The notes under the pieces were generated by a model. The model was given only the letters and a program-made list of their open reading frames with translations, was not told the origin of the DNA and did not search any database. This document shows, piece after piece, positions 58,836 through 64,000 of a DNA stretch of 64,000 bases (positions within the stretch are counted from its first letter, which is position 1; the number at the start of each line of letters is the position of its first letter). Source of the DNA: an uncultured virus (IMG/VR IMGVR_UViG_3300049740_001611) (taxonomy: Duplodnaviria > Heunggongvirae > Uroviricota > Caudoviricetes). The translations under genes were made by a program, and so were the position numbers. The stretch is from the IMG/VR virus record IMGVR_UViG_3300049740_001611; one strand, 5' to 3'.

Positions 58836-59083
58836 TGATACCCGGCGAGACACTGATATACGAACGAGTTGACGGAGTTGTCTATGCTCGTTATCGAGAT
58901 ATGCCTGATATTGATCGTTGGATTGTTGGAGGAGATCCGGGAGGAATGGCTAGAGCACAAGGTGATTTATTTGACTACAGTGAATGGCAAAACTTGTGTA
59001 AATTGGCAAAAACAAATACTACTCTTAAAAAATTAATGGATAAGTTAGTAACAACTTATTACATTGTAAAGGAAGAACAATGA
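58835..59083 (+). CDS. Hypothetical protein (82 aa)
   Basis: TAATG coupling upstream and ATGA overlap with kdsA. Confidence 0.6.
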   Translation: MIPGETLIYERVDGVVYARYRDMPDIDRWIVGGDPGGMARAQGDLFDYSEWQNLCKLAKTNTTLKKLMDKLVTTYYIVKEEQ

Positions 59084-59856
59084 GAATTATAGCAGGACCC
59101 TGCCAACATGAATCACTACAGCAAAGTTTAGAGATTGCAAAAGAATGCAAACGTGTATGCGACAAGTATGATATTGATTATTACTTTAAAGCAAGTTATG
59201 ATAAAGCTAATCGAAGTAGTTTACAGGGAGTGCGCGGTCTTGGAATAAATGCAACACTTAACCACTTCCTAGAACTAAAAGTAGAACTAGGTGTAAAAAC
59301 ACTTACTGATGTTCATGATCATGTACAAGTTGCACGTATCGAAAGAGAATTTAAATATGCAGTTGATGTCTATCAGATTCCTGCATTTTTGTGTAGACAA
59401 ACTGATCTACTAAAAGCAGTATGTGCTACAGATAAAATTGTTAATATTAAAAAAGGACAGTTTCTAGCACCCTGGGACATGAAAGGCATTTTGTCTAAAA
59501 CCGATGGTGCTAAGGAAGTTTGGATCACTGAACGAGGAACTAGTTTTGGATATAACAACTTGGTTGTTGATTTTACCGGCATTGATTATATGCTTTCTAC
59601 TTTTGATTGCCCTGTGGTTTTTGATGCCACACACAGCGTACAGAAGCCGGGTGGCCTTGGAGGTAGTAGCGGCGGCAATAGGGATTACGTTCCTGGTTTA
59701 CTTCGCGCGGCAAGTGCTTTGGGTGTTAGAGACTTCTTTATAGAGACACACCCTGACCCAGATAACGCACCCAGCGACGGACCAAATATGTTACGCTTAG
59801 ACGACTTTGAAAAGGTTGTTAAAGATATTATTGCAATTAGAAAGGCAGTAGAATGA
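59080..59856 (+). CDS. kdsA: 3-deoxy-D-manno-octulosonate 8-phosphate synthase
   Basis: IAGPC, KASYDKANRSS, QIPAFLCRQTDL, NIKKGQF, ERGTSFGY, DATHSVQ, ETHPDPDNAPSDG. Confidence 0.95.
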   Translation: MRIIAGPCQHESLQQSLEIAKECKRVCDKYDIDYYFKASYDKANRSSLQGVRGLGINATLNHFLELKVELGVKTLTDVHDHVQVARIEREFKYAVDVYQIPAFLCRQTDLLKAVCATDKIVNIKKGQFLAPWDMKGILSKTDGAKEVWITERGTSFGYNNLVVDFTGIDYMLSTFDCPVVFDATHSVQKPGGLGGSSGGNRDYVPGLLRAASALGVRDFFIETHPDPDNAPSDGPNMLRLDDFEKVVKDIIAIRKAVE

Positions 59857-60014
59857 AAAAAGAGAAGTCTCCGTATATGGAAATTATTAATCGCGAATGT
59901 AAAAAAGATGGCAAAGGCCGTTTTAAGACATTAGATGTATTACGTGTATCTAGACGATTATATGATGAGCAGCAAGAACTTATCAATTTGATTGCAACAC
60001 GGACACGTAAGTAG
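59853..60014 (+). CDS. Small basic hypothetical protein (53 aa), absent from the ORF track
   Basis: ATGA overlap with the kdsA stop; reads MKKEKSPYMEIINRECKKDGKGRF...RTRK; ends 1 nt before kdsB. Confidence 0.55.
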   Translation: MKKEKSPYMEIINRECKKDGKGRFKTLDVLRVSRRLYDEQQELINLIATRTRK

Positions 60015-60015
60015 A

Positions 60016-60699
60016 ATGAAGAAAACAGCAATACTAATTCCAGCACGTTACGCAAGCACACGCCTGCCCGGAAAGCCTTTAATACAGTTAGATGGCGTTC
60101 CTATGATAAAACGTGTGTATGACGCTTGTGTTGCGTCTAAGATACCAACATACGTGCTTACTGATGACGATCGTATTGCTGATAAATTTGATCCAGAACA
60201 TGTATTGTTAGATTCGGCAAAATACGAAAACGGTACAGAAAGATGCGCAGGCGCAATTAAGAATGCAATGTTTGACAAGTACGATCAGTTTATAAACGTA
60301 CAAGGCGACATGCCCGATGTAACTGTTGCATTGATTCAACAAGTACTTTGGCACCTTAAGAATTATTCAGTAACAACAATATTTACAGACATGCCTGAGG
60401 ATAAACAAAACGATCCAAACTCAGTTAAGATGGTACGCGGTGGTGATCAAGCACTATGGTTTGGTAGAGGCATGACTGGTTACGGCGACTGGCACTTAGG
60501 AGTATATGGATACAAACGTAATCCGTTAGAAATGTATAGTGGACTAGAAGTAACACAAGAAGAACAAGTAGAAAAATTAGAACAACTACGTTGGTTAAAA
60601 AACGGTTGGCAAATTGGTTGTTTGAGTGTACAATATAATGGAGTAGAAATAAATTCTCCAGAGGATGTAGAAGAATGGCACAGCAAGCATTTCCAGTAA
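60016..60699 (+). CDS. kdsB: CMP-Kdo synthetase
   Basis: IPARYASTRLPGKPL, NGTER, INVQGD, HLGVYGY, EKLEQLRWL. Start taken at ATG 60016. Confidence 0.92.
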   Translation: MKKTAILIPARYASTRLPGKPLIQLDGVPMIKRVYDACVASKIPTYVLTDDDRIADKFDPEHVLLDSAKYENGTERCAGAIKNAMFDKYDQFINVQGDMPDVTVALIQQVLWHLKNYSVTTIFTDMPEDKQNDPNSVKMVRGGDQALWFGRGMTGYGDWHLGVYGYKRNPLEMYSGLEVTQEEQVEKLEQLRWLKNGWQIGCLSVQYNGVEINSPEDVEEWHSKHFQ

Positions 60700-61133
60700 A
60701 AGATGTACTAGCATGTTTAGACAGCAATGCTAAAGGTGTTTGGGACGAACTTACAGACGAACAGAAAAAAGGTGTAAACTTTTGGCTGTTGAATAGATAT
60801 GCAAGTTCAGTTGCAGGCAGCAGAGAAGCACAAGAGCTTGCTGTTGTTATGACTAACCAAATCTATAACAAAAACTGGAATGAGCTAGGAGCACGACATC
60901 CTAAACTACAATGGCAGTTACTATGTTCTCTGCATAACGCAAACAGTGATATAAGACGACATGTATGGATTGGCTTTAAGAAAAAGTCAGGCGATAATAG
61001 TAAAGGCGTAAAACTGCTAGAAAAAATATATCCTAATATGAAAACAGATGAGGTAGAGTTACTTGCTAGATTATCTACAAAAAAAGAACTCAAAGAATTG
61101 GCTAAAGAATATGACATCGATGTCAAACTCTGA
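60675..61133 (+). CDS. Clamp-loader small subunit, T4 gp62-like
   Basis: FWLLNRYASS, HPKLQWQL and a W-x-x-KKK pattern; 152 aa. Confidence 0.55.
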   Translation: MAQQAFPVKDVLACLDSNAKGVWDELTDEQKKGVNFWLLNRYASSVAGSREAQELAVVMTNQIYNKNWNELGARHPKLQWQLLCSLHNANSDIRRHVWIGFKKKSGDNSKGVKLLEKIYPNMKTDEVELLARLSTKKELKELAKEYDIDVKL

Positions 61134-61809
61134 AAAGCCATACAAATGCGAATATTGCGGCAACGGTTATATGAAAGAAAAAACATTAGCCGCGCATATG
61201 TGTGAGCCAAAAAGACGTTGGCTACAAAAAGATGAAAAAAGAGTGAGGTACGGTTTATATGCATTCCAAAGATTCTACACCCTCTCAGCAGGGAACAAAA
61301 AAGAAAAAACGTATGAAGATTTTGTCGGGTCACCCTATTATAATGCTTTTGTTAAGTTTGGCTCCTTTATTAGCAATGTGCGTCCTTTATATCCTGAAAA
61401 ATATATTGACTACGTTGTAACTAGTGGAGTTAAATTAGATCACTGGGCCAGAGACGAATTATATGAAAAGTATGTATTAGAGTTCATACTTAAAGAAGAT
61501 GTGACTACAGCATTAGAAAGAAGTGTTAAAACAATGATGGAATGGGCAGAAGACAAAAGTGCTCCATGGAATCATTACTTTCATCATGTAAGTCTTAACA
61601 AAGCGGTATGGGATATTAAAGACGGAAAAATATCTCCATGGCTAATACTTAATTGTAAGAGCGGTAAAGACATGCTAAGTAAGTTTACTGATGAGCAGCT
61701 TAGCCTTGTATATCATGTTATTAATCCACAACATTGGGCCATGCGCTTCAAAAGGCTTCCAAATGATATGCAGTTAGTTAAAGATATAGCAAAGGAATCA
61801 AAGTTATGA
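61120..61809 (+). CDS. Hypothetical protein with an N-terminal classical-type zinc finger
   Basis: EKPYKCEYCGNGYMKEKTLAAHMC. Confidence 0.65.
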   Translation: MSNSEKPYKCEYCGNGYMKEKTLAAHMCEPKRRWLQKDEKRVRYGLYAFQRFYTLSAGNKKEKTYEDFVGSPYYNAFVKFGSFISNVRPLYPEKYIDYVVTSGVKLDHWARDELYEKYVLEFILKEDVTTALERSVKTMMEWAEDKSAPWNHYFHHVSLNKAVWDIKDGKISPWLILNCKSGKDMLSKFTDEQLSLVYHVINPQHWAMRFKRLPNDMQLVKDIAKESKL

Positions 61810-62159
61810 AAGCAGGAAAAATTTGGGGTCAGACAGAACTGATTCACGCAAACGGTGTGTTAGAATTTCACCGTATTGAATATAAAGCAGGATACAAGTG
61901 TTCAGAACACGAGCATCAGTTTAAATGGAATGGATTTTATGTAGAGTCAGGAAAAATGATTGTACGTGTTTGGCAAGATGATCAAGGACTAGTTGATGAA
62001 ACTATTCTTGAAGCTGGAGACTTTACACAAGTAAAGCCTGGCAAGGTACATCAGTTTGAAGGTTTAGAGGATGGTGTTGCTTTTGAACTGTACTGGGCAG
62101 AATTTAATCACGATGACATTGTTCGCCGCACTAGCGGCACATCCACAAAAAGGAAATAA
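61806..62159 (+). CDS. Cupin-fold protein (117 aa)
   Basis: GKIWG, CSEHEHQFKWNGFYVESG, PGKVHQF, FELYW. Confidence 0.75.
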   Translation: MKAGKIWGQTELIHANGVLEFHRIEYKAGYKCSEHEHQFKWNGFYVESGKMIVRVWQDDQGLVDETILEAGDFTQVKPGKVHQFEGLEDGVAFELYWAEFNHDDIVRRTSGTSTKRK

Positions 62160-62162
62160 ATT

Positions 62163-62660
62163 ATGGAATTAGTATATTATCCAGATCCTATTCTAAGTAA
62201 AGAATTACAAGATGTAAATATTGAAGAACCGCAGTTTGATCCTTTGCGCCTAAAAAAAGATATGGCTGTAGCTATGCTGTTAAACAACGGCATAGGATTA
62301 ACAGCATCACAAGTCGGCTTGGACTATAAAGTGTTTACAATGGGTGACAAAGCTGAAAATGTTACTTTACATATTAACCCAACTGTGCTACAATATACAG
62401 AAGAAGTTAGTACAGAGATTGAAGGTTGTTTAAGTTTTCCTGGTATGTTTGTAAAAGTAAAACGTCCAGCTGAAATACTTGCAGAATACTATGACGAATT
62501 TTTAAAGAAACAAACGGTTAAAATTACAGGATATAGTGCTAGAGTTTATCTACACGAATTGGATCATTGTTTGGGTATTACTATGAAAGATAGATGTAGT
62601 AAAATAAAATGGGATATGGCAAAGAAAAAAGCACGTAAGATGGAGAAGAAAGTTGCCTGA
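62163..62660 (+). CDS. def: Peptide deformylase
   Basis: The three canonical motifs GIGLTASQVG, EGCLSFP and HELDH. Confidence 0.93.
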   Translation: MELVYYPDPILSKELQDVNIEEPQFDPLRLKKDMAVAMLLNNGIGLTASQVGLDYKVFTMGDKAENVTLHINPTVLQYTEEVSTEIEGCLSFPGMFVKVKRPAEILAEYYDEFLKKQTVKITGYSARVYLHELDHCLGITMKDRCSKIKWDMAKKKARKMEKKVA

Positions 62661-63213
62661 TATTGATATAGATTTTGCTGATCGAGATGTAATACTATCT
62701 AAACTTACACATCGTGTGGCAAAATTAAACACGGGCAAAAAACATAATACTGGAGTATATGCTACTGAGATTCCGCACAACCCAGTAGATAATCTAAGTA
62801 CTATTGAACACAAGACTGCTGACGAACGTGGCTATTTTAAATTAGATTTTTTAAATGTAAGTATATACAAAGATGTTACAAATGAGGAACATCTTCAACA
62901 ACTAATGACTAAGGAACCACAATGGGAACTCCTCGAACACGACGATTTCAGCAGTCTAGTATTTCACGTCGCAGGACATGGAACTATATTAAAGACAATG
63001 CGTCCGAAAACAATAGAACAACTAGCGGCAGTACTAGCAATGATACGTCCAGCCAAAAGACACTTAGTCGGAGAAACTTGGGAAAAGGTGATGAAGGAAG
63101 TTTGGATTAAACCAACGGACAATAGTTATTACTTTAAGAAAGCACATGCTGTTTCTTATGCAATGGCTGTTGTAGTGCATATGAATTTAATATGCGAAAA
63201 GGTTAGTTCTTAG
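62653..63213 (+). CDS. Miniature DNA polymerase III alpha (DnaE)-like protein (186 aa)
   Basis: PDIDIDF, KHNTGV, FKLDFL, LAMIRP and YYFKKAHAVSYA appear in DnaE order; TTG start with SD GGAG. Confidence 0.8.
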   Translation: MPDIDIDFADRDVILSKLTHRVAKLNTGKKHNTGVYATEIPHNPVDNLSTIEHKTADERGYFKLDFLNVSIYKDVTNEEHLQQLMTKEPQWELLEHDDFSSLVFHVAGHGTILKTMRPKTIEQLAAVLAMIRPAKRHLVGETWEKVMKEVWIKPTDNSYYFKKAHAVSYAMAVVVHMNLICEKVSS

Positions 63214-63574
63214 GTTTACGTACTAGTTGTACACTACGTCTTTTTATTCGTTTGACTGTTAGATTATTTAAATTTACACAAGGTCCTAATGTTACTCTGA
63301 CATCTTTACTATTCATAGTAATAATAGAATACTTAAAAATGTCCATTTCTTTCTTTAGAAAGATGTTGATCGGAATCAAACGATTTGATTCCCACCACCA
63401 TACATCACCTAACTCTAAAAACTTTAGTTCATCTTCTCTAGTTTTCAAATCAGTATACACGTACATGCTTGTAACAGTAGCGTCTTGATTTATAACAATC
63501 CCGATATATTCGTTGCCGCCATAAGTTACAACGCTTAAAAAAGGAAAATTTTCTTGTATGTCTTTTGTTAACAT
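63203..63574 (-). CDS. Hypothetical protein (123 aa)
   Basis: ATG 63574; distinctive WWWESNRLIPI segment; CTAAATA on - at 63613-63619. Confidence 0.6.
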   Translation of the reverse strand: MLTKDIQENFPFLSVVTYGGNEYIGIVINQDATVTSMYVYTDLKTREDELKFLELGDVWWWESNRLIPINIFLKKEMDIFKYSIITMNSKDVRVTLGPCVNLNNLTVKRIKRRSVQLVRKPKN

Positions 63575-63594
63575 GTTTTTCCGATAAATATAAT

Positions 63595-64000
63595 ATGCAA
63601 TTAGTACCTAGATATTTAGTAAAAAATATAACCACCATAGTAGCAGATGTGGCTGGATTCGTAACGGAGTATAGACCAGTGTATAGCAAACAACTTCAAG
63701 TATATAAAGGCATCGATAATGTATTAGAATTTAGAACATATAATGCAGATCAAAGACCTATAAACATATCAACTTACACACCAAAATTTGTCGCATTTGA
63801 CGAAGCTAATAATATGGTATTAGAAAAAGATGCAACTATTTTAGACGACGGCAGCGTACCAAAACGCGGCAAGTTTAGTGTAACTGTTACTGAAAATGAT
63901 CTACTTAATATTAAACAACAGTATTTAAGTTACAACATATACTTACAAGAAGCAGATGGTGATAAGGTTCTTACTTACTCGCACAGTAACTTTGACAATG
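63595..64000 (+). CDS. Probable virion protein, 3'-truncated by the window edge and absent from the ORF track
   Basis: ATAAATA (63584-63590), 4 nt, ATG; reads MQLVPRYLVKN...VYKGIDNVLEFR... open to the window end. Confidence 0.65.
   Translation, partial: MQLVPRYLVKNITTIVADVAGFVTEYRPVYSKQLQVYKGIDNVLEFRTYNADQRPINISTYTPKFVAFDEANNMVLEKDATILDDGSVPKRGKFSVTVTENDLLNIKQQYLSYNIYLQEADGDKVLTYSHSNFDN

Noticed and set aside
24770..60699. Bacterial chromosome LPS locus or chimeric assembly as the source of the hld/kds/GT genes
   Set aside because: These genes overlap or are translationally coupled with phage core genes and use the same promoter styles, so they appear native to the phage.
1..64000. tRNA genes, CRISPR array, integrase/att sites or stop-codon recoding
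   Set aside because: Intergenic gaps are short, with no cloverleaf or spaced direct repeats seen by eye, and genes are full length under the standard bacterial code. A tRNAscan run would be needed to be certain.

Overview
This window is 64 kb of an AT-rich, large myophage genome with T4-like core genes, in a jumbo-phage-style arrangement; a marine origin is plausible but is inference only. Positions 1-24.8 kb hold giant tail/virion proteins: two paralogous fibre-like proteins, a Cys/Gly-rich protein and a 2436-aa protein. They are interrupted by a modifying-enzyme island (GT9-like glycosyltransferase, NodU/CmcH carbamoyltransferase, two 2OG-Fe(II) oxygenases). Next come an inverted ADP-heptose operon (hldE, hldD, cupin, gmhB), the neck/tail/head-completion/terminase module (gp15, gp14, gp13, gp18, gp19, gp4, gp16-like, gp17), putative head-internal proteins, and gp32-uvsX-uvsY. 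The remainder holds a seven-gene glycan cluster with four KpsS/KpsC-like domains, uvsW, kdsA/kdsB, a gp62-like gene, peptide deformylase and a miniature DnaE-like gene. The main candidates for new biology are: (1) five phycobiliprotein-like repeats in virion proteins, four keeping the bilin-attachment motif K-C-x-R-D; (2) a phage-encoded heptose/Kdo glycosylation system that may decorate virion proteins; (3) modular head-internal polyproteins with protease-site junctions and amphipathic cargo; (4) widespread apparently leaderless transcription; (5) gene-conversion-like identical patches between the fibre paralogues. All assignments come from reading motifs by eye; no searches were run. No tRNA, CRISPR array, integrase or reverse transcriptase was recognised.
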